Part shown: one piece after another, positions 8,552-16,914 of the stretch
Position numbering within the stretch: position 1 is the stretch's first letter
Layout: the number at the start of each line of letters is the position of its first letter
Source of the DNA: a virus
Taxonomy: Duplodnaviria; Caudoviricetes
Strand: one strand, 5' to 3'
DNA: 62,787 nucleotides
IMG/VR virus record: IMGVR_UViG_3300044714_000076
Coordinates: 1-62,787 of that record
Position numbers and translations under genes: made by a program
Notes under the pieces: model-generated
Seen by the model: the letters and a program-made list of their open reading frames with translations, nothing else
Databases searched by the model: none
Told to the model about the DNA's origin: nothing

Positions 8552-8893
8552 ATGCGGAAAGTCAGTTTTGAGCAAGCGTGCGCGCGGTTTGTTCATCGCT
8601 ACACGATGGACCATGTTCCACAATGGGCGCGGCGGGCACGCGACGACGGCAGTTTTTATGCGCCGCAGTTTGCCAGTGATCGCGAGTGGTACGAGTGCAC
8701 GATTTTTCCAGGCGAGCCGGGTGTTCACGGCAATAGTTCCCATTGCTACACATCCGGGCAGACGTGGCCGCTCGGGCAATCGTTGGCGCGGCCTTATAGG
8801 GGCAAGGCGGCTTACTTGTCGCGCGATGTGGAAACGAATACGCCGCAGATGGTTATCGACCGAGCGAAAGAGGACTTGTGCCTAGTGCAATAG
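8552..8893 (+). CDS. Hypothetical early protein
   Basis: Own TTGACT promoter, GGGAGAG RBS, downstream terminator. Confidence 0.75.
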   Translation: MRKVSFEQACARFVHRYTMDHVPQWARRARDDGSFYAPQFASDREWYECTIFPGEPGVHGNSSHCYTSGQTWPLGQSLARPYRGKAAYLSRDVETNTPQMVIDRAKEDLCLVQ

Positions 8894-8912
8894 GGGAAAG
8901 GACATAGGCCAG

Positions 8913-8940
8913 AAAACCCGCCATAGCCGGCGGGTTTTTT
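8913..8940 (+). terminator. Intrinsic (probably bidirectional) terminator
   Basis: AAAACCCGCC-loop-GGCGGGTTTTTT. Confidence 0.8.
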
Positions 8941-9000
8941 ATGCTTGACTTATGATTTGGATTGGTAGAGAGTAAAAGGATCGAAGCAAGGGAGAGTGAC

Positions 9001-9258
9001 ATGGCCAAGATACGCGCGACGTTTACGACAGCGTTTGAGCAATACCGTGACCGTGAGGGCCAAGCGTTCACCATTTTGCGCAAGGTGACTAAGCGCACCA
9101 TGACGGATGCTGACCGCCTGGAGTATGATGCCGAATGCCTGCCTATGTACAAAATCAGGTTTGCAGATGGCCACGAAACGAGTGCATGGCCGGAAGAAGT
9201 CGAGGAAGGCTGGGAAGTGACACGCTTTACGCCAGCGGCGCCAAGCTATGGCGCTTAA
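9001..9258 (+). CDS. Hypothetical early protein
   Basis: Own TTGACT promoter, GGGAGAG RBS, downstream terminator. Confidence 0.75.
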   Translation: MAKIRATFTTAFEQYRDREGQAFTILRKVTKRTMTDADRLEYDAECLPMYKIRFADGHETSAWPEEVEEGWEVTRFTPAAPSYGA

Positions 9259-9286
9259 TGCCGCGCGCCAGCTGTGACACGCCAAG

Positions 9287-9318
9287 AGGCCGGCTTAACC
9301 GCCGGCCTTTTTGTTTTC
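9287..9318 (+). terminator. Intrinsic terminator
   Basis: AGGCCGGC-TTAACC-GCCGGCCT followed by T tract. Confidence 0.8.
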
Positions 9319-9696
9319 GGCAGCTGCGAGCGTCTGTGGGGCAAAGCGCCTAGCGTTAAATTTTTTGATATTGGCAGCTCGGCGCTGCCGATCGGCTTTG
9401 CGACATTGCTTGGCATAATCGAGATCGGTTTGCGCGCGTGCGACTAGGCGCGCTTCCAGGTATTCCCAGATCCAATTAGGGATGCGCGCGCGACCTCTGC
9501 GCCAGTCAACGATCTGTTGATAGTGAACGCGAGCGTCAAAGAACCTGACAAAATCAGCGTGGCCGTGCGAGCATCCTAGGCGCATTACAAGCGTCTCGAA
9601 AAGTATCTTAGACCTGTGTTTTGCGAGATCAGCAGGGTGCTCTTGCGGCGCGATGCTCTCTGCGGCTGTGGCCGAATTCGATTCGTCGATTTCCAT
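9295..9696 (-). CDS. Hypothetical protein, possibly HTH-like
   Basis: IVDWRRGRARIPNW resembles an XRE recognition-helix end. Confidence 0.5.
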   Translation of the reverse strand: MEIDESNSATAAESIAPQEHPADLAKHRSKILFETLVMRLGCSHGHADFVRFFDARVHYQQIVDWRRGRARIPNWIWEYLEARLVARAQTDLDYAKQCRKADRQRRAANIKKFNARRFAPQTLAAAENKKAGG

Positions 9697-10083
9697 GCGC
9701 GCGACGCTACCCGATCAGCGCCAGGCAGACCACCTCGGCCGTTTGGCAGCTCGCGCCGGTAGCCAATGGCTTGATGTTAGGATTACATTCCAGCTTACTC
9801 TGTTACAACACTGTAACTAACCATTGATTTGATTGAAGAATTTTAGGTCAGCATCCTTGACCTATGCTACCCATGCTAGGGTTCGTGCTCTTAGCTGCGT
9901 CGGAATGTCGCACCCTGCGCCAGGTCGATTTGAGGTTAGCTAATACCCCATAGGGTATAGTAACCGGCGCGAGTATCGGCCGCGCGAACACGCATCGGCC
10001 CACACGCAAGAGAGGAATCTGGGTAGTCCAACCTATGCGGCCCCCGGAAATTTTCCCAAAAATTTTTTGCATTTCCCGCTTGC

Positions 10084-10096
10084 ACTACATTGTAGT
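10084..10096. promoter_or_regulatory. Palindromic operator within promoter TTGCAC-17-TACGTT
   Basis: ACTACATTGTAGT; same palindrome at 11560-11572. Confidence 0.65.
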
Positions 10097-10114
10097 TTTC
10101 GTTACGTTCGGCGC

Positions 10115-10603
10115 ATGACACTCGGCTCTCACCAAAAAACAATCGGCGCTTCGCAAAACTGGATTACGCCGAAGTATATTCTCGAAGCTCTCGGCTCTTT
10201 CGATTTAGATCCGTGCGCCTGCTTCCCGGCGCCGTGGAAATGCGCACAAAATAATTTGTTGGAAAACGGACTTGAGTGGCCATGGGAAGGCCGCGTCTGG
10301 CTCAACCCACCGTTCAATCGGTACGAGGTCGGCAAGTGGATCGCCAAGCTCGCGGCGCACGGCAACGGGATCGCGCTGCTGCACGCCAGGACCGAAGCTG
10401 CCTGGTTCGAGCCGTGTTGGGAATTTGCTAGTGCAATTTTATTTCTCGCCGATCGATTGTACTTCCACTATCCGAGTGGTGAGCGCGCGGAAGCTAACAG
10501 CGGCGCCCCGGCTTGTCTCGTGGCGTTCGGCGATGCAAACGCTTTCGCGCTGTCTAAATCTGGGCTAAAAGGAAATCTTGTCACCGCATGGAATATGCAA
10601 TGA
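10115..10603 (+). CDS. Phage DNA N6-adenine methyltransferase
   Basis: WITP, FDLDPCA, VWLNPPF catalytic motif, ARTE..WF. Confidence 0.88.
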   Translation: MTLGSHQKTIGASQNWITPKYILEALGSFDLDPCACFPAPWKCAQNNLLENGLEWPWEGRVWLNPPFNRYEVGKWIAKLAAHGNGIALLHARTEAAWFEPCWEFASAILFLADRLYFHYPSGERAEANSGAPACLVAFGDANAFALSKSGLKGNLVTAWNMQ

Positions 10604-10809
10604 CCCCCAACCTCACATCTTCCCTCAACAAAGCCCTGGACGACCAAATCTCAAAACTGTTCGAGAACCTGATTCTCAATATGATCGCCCCAACCTACAG
10701 CCAGGACAAGTCCACCCCGATCCAGCGCTTCGAGGCTGGTTTCAAGATCGCACTCCAGGCTTATGAACAGGCGAGCGCCGTTATCGAGAAGGAGCAATCC
10801 AGTGGTTGA
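10600..10809 (+). CDS. Hypothetical protein
   Basis: Coupled ORF. Confidence 0.6.
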   Translation: MTPNLTSSLNKALDDQISKLFENLILNMIAPTYSQDKSTPIQRFEAGFKIALQAYEQASAVIEKEQSSG

Positions 10810-11008
10810 ATGGATTTCCTTCTTCCCGGAAGTCTGCAAGCACGGCGTCGATCAGCGCTATAAATTCACTTCGGAGAAATTCGAGGATGGCAGCGTGTTG
10901 AGTGGAATGACTCGCGCTATCTGCCGCCAGTGTCTCGCCGAGATCGACCTGCGCGCGTGCCTGGAGTATGTTCGGGCGCACGACACCGTGAAGGCTGATG
11001 ACGAATGA
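10802..11008 (+). CDS. Small hypothetical protein (CKH...CRQC)
   Basis: Coupled ORF, possible Zn ligands; start uncertain. Confidence 0.5.
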   Translation: MVEWISFFPEVCKHGVDQRYKFTSEKFEDGSVLSGMTRAICRQCLAEIDLRACLEYVRAHDTVKADDE

Positions 11009-11178
11009 CAATTTACACCTACGACAAATCTCAAGGTAAAGTGGTCGAACGCAAACCGAAAGATAATGCGCCGTTCGATTTACTCCCGGCGCCAAGCTTC
11101 GATTTTCAGGAGCACCTCGAAACACTGGAATATTGTCGGCGCCTGATGCTCGGCTATCCACTGGAGCCAACCAAATGA
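11005..11178 (+). CDS. 57-aa hypothetical protein (not in ORF track)
   Basis: MTIYTYDKSQGKVVERK...; ATGA overlaps at both ends. Confidence 0.6.
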   Translation: MTIYTYDKSQGKVVERKPKDNAPFDLLPAPSFDFQEHLETLEYCRRLMLGYPLEPTK

Positions 11179-11351
11179 TCTACCTCGCCCTTTTTCTTTT
11201 CTTCTGTTTCATCGCCCTATGCGTTCTCCACGACCGCCACAAACCAAGAATCCTGAAACCCGACGACAACCGCCCCTTCACCTCCGACGAACTCAAGCAG
11301 ATGGGCATCGTGGCACCCGAGCGCTATGACTGCGAGACGTTTGTGCGATGA
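11175..11351 (+). CDS. Small membrane protein
   Basis: N-terminal TM MIYLALFLFFCFIALCVL. Confidence 0.55.
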   Translation: MIYLALFLFFCFIALCVLHDRHKPRILKPDDNRPFTSDELKQMGIVAPERYDCETFVR

Positions 11352-11554
11352 ACCTTTCCTTGCGCCGCCGGCAACGCCTGCCGAAGCAACGTGGGCGTAC
11401 GCAATTCACCAGCGGAGAATTCGTCCCGGTGGCCGCGTTGCAAACCGATCGCAAGGGTGGCGAGTGGCTATCGCGCGAGCTGGACGACACAGGTGGCGCT
11501 CCACAAATCGGGCGAGATAAACTTCTCGAAGCTTTGAAACGAGAACACGCTTGA
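11348..11554 (+). CDS. Hypothetical protein
   Basis: Coupled ORF. Confidence 0.5.
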   Translation: MNLSLRRRQRLPKQRGRTQFTSGEFVPVAALQTDRKGGEWLSRELDDTGGAPQIGRDKLLEALKREHA

Positions 11555-11559
11555 CTTCC

Positions 11560-11572
11560 ACTACAATGTAGT
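11560..11572. promoter_or_regulatory. Palindromic operator within CTTGACT promoter
   Basis: ACTACAATGTAGT. Confidence 0.65.
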
Positions 11573-11584
11573 TTACCCATCCAA

Positions 11585-11686
11585 CCGCTGCTCCCTCGCA
11601 CACCGCCCCCAGCGCAACGAGGCGAGTAGCAGGCCGGGCGGGAACACCATGCCCTCCCAAGCCCCTCGCCCGGCCTTTTCTTTTTC
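11585..11686 (+). ncRNA. Candidate two-hairpin anti-SD sRNA (AbcR-like architecture)
   Basis: Hairpin GCUGCUC-CCUCG/CGAGG-GAGUAGC; terminator hairpin GGCCGGGCG/CGCCCGGCC with loop CCCUCCCA and U tract. Confidence 0.55.
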
Positions 11687-11697
11687 AGGAGATTCCC

Positions 11698-11859
11698 ATG
11701 CAAGCTGGCGAACGAGTGAAGGATGAAACGACGCTTCGACGTTGGTGCGTGGAGCAAGCAACCTTCATTCACAAAAATCAAAATACTGTGAATACGCAGG
11801 CCGTGCTTGACGATGCACAGAAACTGTACGAATGGGTCATCAAGACCGATGCCCAGTAA
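11698..11859 (+). CDS. 53-aa hypothetical protein (not in ORF track)
   Basis: RBS CAGGAG; LRRWCVEQA...AQKLYEWV. Confidence 0.65.
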   Translation: MQAGERVKDETTLRRWCVEQATFIHKNQNTVNTQAVLDDAQKLYEWVIKTDAQ

Positions 11860-12010
11860 GTATCCGCTGCCAACCTCGGTCAGACTACCTCCCGATCTCA
11901 AGGAATTCCTCAAGCGCCACGCCGCGGCCAGTAACCGCAAGCTGGCGGGCCAGATCATTCATATCCTCAAGGAGTGGCGAGCGATGGCGATGCGGGTGAG
12001 GGCGAAGTGA
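11849..12010 (+). CDS. Arc-family ribbon-helix-helix regulator
   Basis: TSVRLPPDLKEFLKRHAAASNRKLAGQIIHIL. Confidence 0.8.
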   Translation: MPSKYPLPTSVRLPPDLKEFLKRHAAASNRKLAGQIIHILKEWRAMAMRVRAK

Positions 12011-12252
12011 TGAAGCGGGCAGAGGCACTGTCAATCATTGCGCAGGAGATGGGTAAAGGCACGGAGGATTTTAATTCCCCCTGGCTTCGAGTGTGGGAAC
12101 GACTCGGGATGATAAAGCTTGATCTGACTCCGCTCACTGAAATGGAGGCATTAGCGTCAGCCATTGGTGCTGCTAAGGACAGTGGGCCACTTACAGCTGT
12201 TCGCGTCGCAAGATTTCTTGAAGATCACGGTTACGCGGTAAAGCCGAAATGA
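12010..12252 (+). CDS. Hypothetical protein
   Basis: Coupled ORF. Confidence 0.55.
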   Translation: MKRAEALSIIAQEMGKGTEDFNSPWLRVWERLGMIKLDLTPLTEMEALASAIGAAKDSGPLTAVRVARFLEDHGYAVKPK

Positions 12253-13298
12253 AAACCGCCCTCATCACCACCACCATCAACGTCCCCCGTGTCCTCTCCC
12301 TCTATCGCGCCTACGATCCCGACGTGATGTTCTTCGTGGCCGGCGATCTCAAGACGCCGGATGAGACGAAGGAGTTCTGCGACTCTTTGGGCAATTGCGT
12401 GTACCTGCATCCTGATGAGGACAAGCATTGGAAGTTGGCCAAGTTCATTACGCACAACACTGACAGCCGACGTAACTACGCATTGCTCCAAGCGATGCAG
12501 TGGAAGCCAGATTTGATTGTGAGCATTGACGACGATGTTATTCCTATTGGCGAAGATATTTTTGGTGCGTTTAAAAAGCTATTTTATGGAACCGGCGTGA
12601 GTGTTGATTATTTAAAGCGCGAATCACCCGTAGAATTTTTACGGCCTTGGGATGGTCTCATGCTTGGTGCGGAAAAGCAGTGGGTAAACCACGGTAGTTT
12701 TGCCGTGCCTTTACATCTGGCGCGCGGGCTTCCTTACGACGAGCAGTACGTTTTGCACCCTGGGTTTGTCGTGGGCGCGACGATTGGTGCCGCGCAGGGC
12801 ATCATTCTTGGTACGCCGGATTCTGATGCCGCAACGGCTATTGCGCAGCGGCCATTTATCACTAGCGTTACTGATATTTTGCGCGAAGGTTTTGTAACTG
12901 GCTTGGCATCAAACTCGGTTTTTAACAGTCAGTTTACTATTTTCCGCGGTGAGTTGGCGCCTGCTTTCGCGCAATTTTACTTCGCCCAGCAACGCAATAC
13001 CGACATATTTTCTTCTTTGCTTATGCGGCGTATTATGCGTCAGTATAACTACTACACGTACTATGGTCCTCCATTCTCGTACCACGCCCGCGCCCCTCGC
13101 CCCCTCCTGAAAGACCTCCAGGCCGAGCGCTACGGCGTGGACAACATTGTGGCTTACGCGGACTACCTCAATCGCGCGCCGCTGCGCAAGAACATCTCGG
13201 TTGTCGAACAATGCCGGATCCTCGCCCAAGGCTGGAACGGTCCCGAGCTGGAGGCGGCGATGGCTTGGCTCGACGATTGCGAGAAAGTTTTAGCATGA
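12249..13298 (+). CDS. STELLO/RGP-like GT-A fold glycosyltransferase or sugar mutase
   Basis: ITTTIN.P, AGDLKTP, RRNYALLQA, SIDDD acidic motif. Confidence 0.7.
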   Translation: MKTALITTTINVPRVLSLYRAYDPDVMFFVAGDLKTPDETKEFCDSLGNCVYLHPDEDKHWKLAKFITHNTDSRRNYALLQAMQWKPDLIVSIDDDVIPIGEDIFGAFKKLFYGTGVSVDYLKRESPVEFLRPWDGLMLGAEKQWVNHGSFAVPLHLARGLPYDEQYVLHPGFVVGATIGAAQGIILGTPDSDAATAIAQRPFITSVTDILREGFVTGLASNSVFNSQFTIFRGELAPAFAQFYFAQQRNTDIFSSLLMRRIMRQYNYYTYYGPPFSYHARAPRPLLKDLQAERYGVDNIVAYADYLNRAPLRKNISVVEQCRILAQGWNGPELEAAMAWLDDCEKVLA

Positions 13299-13627
13299 CC
13301 TGGCGCGTCCATCTCGACAACATGGTGCGCCGCGGCCTGATGGGCTATCGCATGTACGTCATGCGGGAGGACTTCGATCGAAGTATTTCGATGCTTCATG
13401 GCGCGCAATTCCACACATACCCGGAAGGCAGCTTTGCGTCCGAGGACGAGTTCTTCCTGTCCGACGAACAACCGGGCATCGACACGCGCGCCTTCCTCCA
13501 GGCCATGTCCGACGCTGCCTGGGAGATCGGCATCAAGCCCAAGCAGATCGAGGACAACTCGAACGAGTTGAAGGCGACCAAGTTTCATCTGGAAGATATG
13601 CGTCAGTTGGCGGGGGTAAAGAAGTGA
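13295..13627 (+). CDS. Hypothetical protein
   Basis: FLQAMSDAAWEIGIKP...ATKFHLEDMRQL; coupled. Confidence 0.7.
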   Translation: MTWRVHLDNMVRRGLMGYRMYVMREDFDRSISMLHGAQFHTYPEGSFASEDEFFLSDEQPGIDTRAFLQAMSDAAWEIGIKPKQIEDNSNELKATKFHLEDMRQLAGVKK

Positions 13628-13941
13628 ACGCAAAGCAACGAACTATAATGCTCGAAAATCTTGCTCGTATGATTGGCAACGAGCTGGATTCGGTAAAGCA
13701 TATTATCCGCGGCATCCAGTGGCGCACCGACGCCATTATCAAGCATCTCAATGTGAACGTGCAGCCGGACGCGCTGGAGCCAATTGTGAATCCGCCGCCA
13801 ACTTTTATTAACAAGATCATAACTGAGGCGCGCGGTGATTTTGTAGGAGCCCAGAGCAAAATGCCGAGACGAAAACCGAAACGTAGCCAGCGACGCCGTA
13901 GGGTTATCCCGAAACGCGACTTTCGACGGAAGAAGAAATGA
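13624..13941 (+). CDS. Hypothetical protein with Arg-rich C-terminus
   Basis: Coupled ORF. Confidence 0.55.
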   Translation: MNAKQRTIMLENLARMIGNELDSVKHIIRGIQWRTDAIIKHLNVNVQPDALEPIVNPPPTFINKIITEARGDFVGAQSKMPRRKPKRSQRRRRVIPKRDFRRKKK

Positions 13942-15266
13942 ACCGCACCGCAATAGCATTTAGTACCTGCGATCGCGTCGAACTGTCCCGCCAGTCGATC
14001 GAGCCGCTTTTGGACGACGACAGGTTCGATGTTTTCTGGAATGACGGGAGCAAGACTGACGAGGGCAAACAATTCCACCAGCAGAATCCGCTCGGTTTGA
14101 AAGGGTTGCGGTCGCGTGTAACGGGCGGCTCTGGTCCGGCCATTGTCTTTGCGCTCAGCCAGATGCTTGCGGCTTCCGGTTACGACAAGATCGCTCCGGG
14201 TACTGCCATGTCGCTCCGATCTCATGGTGAAGCTGCGAAGGGCTACGAATACATTGCTTTGCTTGAAAATGATGTTGTTATTGATCGGAATTGGTTCGAC
14301 CAGACGATGGTCCTGTTCGAGCAAGGCAAAGCCGATGGCCTCGAAGTCGGTGCCGTCTCCGCACGTTGCTACGAGGACCGCATCCTCATCCAGCGGCCGG
14401 GTTATGCTATCTGCCACAATCTCGGCGCCGGCATGATCGTATTCACGCGCGAGGCCGCCGAGCTGGTGCTGAACCAGTATCGGGTGCAGTGGACCAGCGA
14501 GAATCGCCAGACGTTTGCCACGCTGACTGGCTCCGACATCGGCAAATTCTGGGCTTTCCGCGGTCAGGAACATTTTCTCGTGGCCGACTGGCGGTGGGAC
14601 GCCCTTCTCGCCAGCCGTGGCCTCGCCTCCCTCGCACTTACGCCGTCGCCAGTCCAGATGATCGGGCAGATACCGCCGCTCGAACAGCAGGGCCTCACTA
14701 TCGCAACTGGACCTGTCACTAATCGCATTGATGACAGCATGTTCAATCTGTATCGCAACAACCTCCACAACATCCGCCTGGGCAACTGGAAACTTCCCGA
14801 CACCCTGTTCCACCGCGATAACAATGGCGGCACGACGATCTTCGCTCACCAGATCGGCGCCATCGGCGGGCACTATCAGGGCAAATGGAAACTGAAGGAC
14901 GCCCCCGGCTTCGGCCCGTTCGGCTGGATCGCCGACAGTGAGCAGGAGGATTTCGACCCGCGGATATTCATCCCCGTCGCCGGCCCGTGCGAGGTGATGG
15001 TCTCGGGCGGCTCCGTTGGCGGCCAGATCGAGATCGTGGACGAGCAATCGGGTTTCAACGCGAGACCCATCTTGCCCGCCGAAGGCGGGTCCGGCACCAT
15101 CGTCTCCGTGAACCTGCCGGGCAACGTGTCCTACCGCACTATCCGCATTAACATGATGACGCCAGGCTGCTGCTTTTACGGTATTCGAACTCACCACGAG
15201 CAGCCGCGTGTGCAGGGCTGGAAGTTCGACTGGAATACTTTGCCGCATGGGAGGGTGGAGTTGTGA
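13938..15266 (+). CDS. GT-A (family 2-like) glycosyltransferase with C-terminal beta domain
   Basis: STCDRVEL, WNDGS, YIALLENDVV..NW. Confidence 0.7.
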   Translation: MNRTAIAFSTCDRVELSRQSIEPLLDDDRFDVFWNDGSKTDEGKQFHQQNPLGLKGLRSRVTGGSGPAIVFALSQMLAASGYDKIAPGTAMSLRSHGEAAKGYEYIALLENDVVIDRNWFDQTMVLFEQGKADGLEVGAVSARCYEDRILIQRPGYAICHNLGAGMIVFTREAAELVLNQYRVQWTSENRQTFATLTGSDIGKFWAFRGQEHFLVADWRWDALLASRGLASLALTPSPVQMIGQIPPLEQQGLTIATGPVTNRIDDSMFNLYRNNLHNIRLGNWKLPDTLFHRDNNGGTTIFAHQIGAIGGHYQGKWKLKDAPGFGPFGWIADSEQEDFDPRIFIPVAGPCEVMVSGGSVGGQIEIVDEQSGFNARPILPAEGGSGTIVSVNLPGNVSYRTIRINMMTPGCCFYGIRTHHEQPRVQGWKFDWNTLPHGRVEL

Positions 15267-15499
15267 AGGCAAATGTTGTTCAATTCATGCGAGGAATATC
15301 TTGGATGGAAGAAGAATTGCTGCGGCTTAGGATGCAACAGACGCATGACGAGATCAGAAAAAATCTCAACACGGCTTTGTATGGTGACCGGGAAGGTCAG
15401 CCATTACCTAAGAAAACCGTTCGGGAAAAACTTTCCGATTTGAAATGGCGCATACAGGCGGCGTGGTTGGTACTGCGCGGTCGTGCTGATATTTGCTAG
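15263..15499 (+). CDS. Hypothetical protein
   Basis: WRIQAAWLVLRGRAD ending; coupled. Confidence 0.6.
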   Translation: MKANVVQFMRGISWMEEELLRLRMQQTHDEIRKNLNTALYGDREGQPLPKKTVREKLSDLKWRIQAAWLVLRGRADIC

Positions 15500-15507
15500 G
15501 AGTGAAG

Positions 15508-16512
15508 ATGAAAGTTCTAATAACCGGCGCGTGCGGCTTCATCGGTCGCCACTTCGTCAAGCGTTTGCTCGACGACGGCCACATCGTCACCGCCATCGAC
15601 AATATGTATAGCGGCCAAGAACTCTACGACTGGATGTTCAAGCCCAACGCCTACGATCCCAAGACGCGCTCCGTCCCCAACCTCCAGCTCATGATCGGTG
15701 ACTGCCGCTCTTTCTTCGCCTCAAGCGGCAACATATGGTCTGCCAACCGCTTCGATCTTGTGATCCATTGTGCCGCGATCGTCGGCGGTCGGGTCAAGAT
15801 CGAGGACGACCCGCTCGAAGTGGCGATCGACCTTGCGATCGACGCGGAATTCTTCCGCTGGGTCACGAGCAAAAAACCATACCCGAAAGTGGTATATTTT
15901 TCATCGTCCGCGGTATATCCGGCAGAGCTTCAGACTAAGGAGAAGCACGTTGCGTTGGCTGAGTCCTACGTGGATCTCAATCAGAATCGCTTTTCGAAGC
16001 CGGAAACCAGCTATGGCTGGTGCAAATTAAACGGCGAATATCTGGCGAAGATCGCGCATCATATGCACAAGCTTGAAGTTGCGATTTACCGGCCGTTTGG
16101 TGGCTACGGAGAGGACCAAGCTCTGACCTATCCGTTTCCTTCAATCATCAAACGTGTTCGCGACGGGGAAGATCCAATCATGATTTGGGGCAGCGGCGAA
16201 CAAGAAAGAGATTGGATTCACGTTGACGATATCGTGGAGGCGGTTTTACAGACTTATGATAAGCTCAGTGGTAAAGTGCTCAATCTTGGCACCGGCATTC
16301 CAACTTCATTCTTCGAATTTGCTGAAGAAGTGGTGCGCGCGTCTGGCATCTGCGCGGTAAGCGATCCAAGTATTCGCAACGATCCCCTCAAACCCGAAGG
16401 TGTTTTCAGCCGTGTCGCCGACATCCACGAGATGTCCAAGATTTACACGCCCAAAATCACCCTCGCCGAAGGCATCGAACGGGCACTTGACAGGGCCAAA
16501 CCGAAGGTGTAG
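15508..16512 (+). CDS. NAD-dependent nucleotide-sugar epimerase/dehydratase (extended SDR)
   Basis: ITGACGFIG, SSSAVY, YGWCK, RDWIHVDD. Confidence 0.92.
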   Translation: MKVLITGACGFIGRHFVKRLLDDGHIVTAIDNMYSGQELYDWMFKPNAYDPKTRSVPNLQLMIGDCRSFFASSGNIWSANRFDLVIHCAAIVGGRVKIEDDPLEVAIDLAIDAEFFRWVTSKKPYPKVVYFSSSAVYPAELQTKEKHVALAESYVDLNQNRFSKPETSYGWCKLNGEYLAKIAHHMHKLEVAIYRPFGGYGEDQALTYPFPSIIKRVRDGEDPIMIWGSGEQERDWIHVDDIVEAVLQTYDKLSGKVLNLGTGIPTSFFEFAEEVVRASGICAVSDPSIRNDPLKPEGVFSRVADIHEMSKIYTPKITLAEGIERALDRAKPKV

Positions 16513-16914
16513 TTGATTGAACTACATTGGGAGATAGTCGTGATCGTGGCCGACCTTGAACAGCAGGATTGCATCACTTGCGGCTGCATTTTCGGTGTGC
16601 CCGGGGGTTTTACTGCGCAGCGCCGGAAAGATAAAAAGACTTTTTATTGCCCGAATGGGCACACTATGTCGTATACCGAAAGTGAGGAAGATAAATTGCG
16701 CCGTGAGCGCGATCGGTTGACGCAACGCTTGGCTCAGAAGGACGATGAGATTAAGGATTTAGAGAATCGTCGGCGTGCAGCGTTCGGGCAGGTTACAAAA
16801 TTGCGCAAGCGAATTGGCAACGGCGTTTGTCCTTGCTGTACGCGGTCGTTTACGAACCTGCGCGAACATATCAAGACCAAGCACCCGGATTTTAAAGCGG
16901 AGGCCGTGGCATGA
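16513..16914 (+). CDS. Zn-finger/coiled-coil hypothetical protein
   Basis: CITC..FYCPNGH, coiled coil, CPCC..H..H; start uncertain. Confidence 0.7.
   Translation: MIELHWEIVVIVADLEQQDCITCGCIFGVPGGFTAQRRKDKKTFYCPNGHTMSYTESEEDKLRRERDRLTQRLAQKDDEIKDLENRRRAAFGQVTKLRKRIGNGVCPCCTRSFTNLREHIKTKHPDFKAEAVA

Noticed and set aside
13533-15272. 579-aa minus-strand ORF
   Set aside because: Antisense shadow of the glycosyltransferase in GC-rich DNA; no motifs, and the plus-strand genes are tightly coupled.
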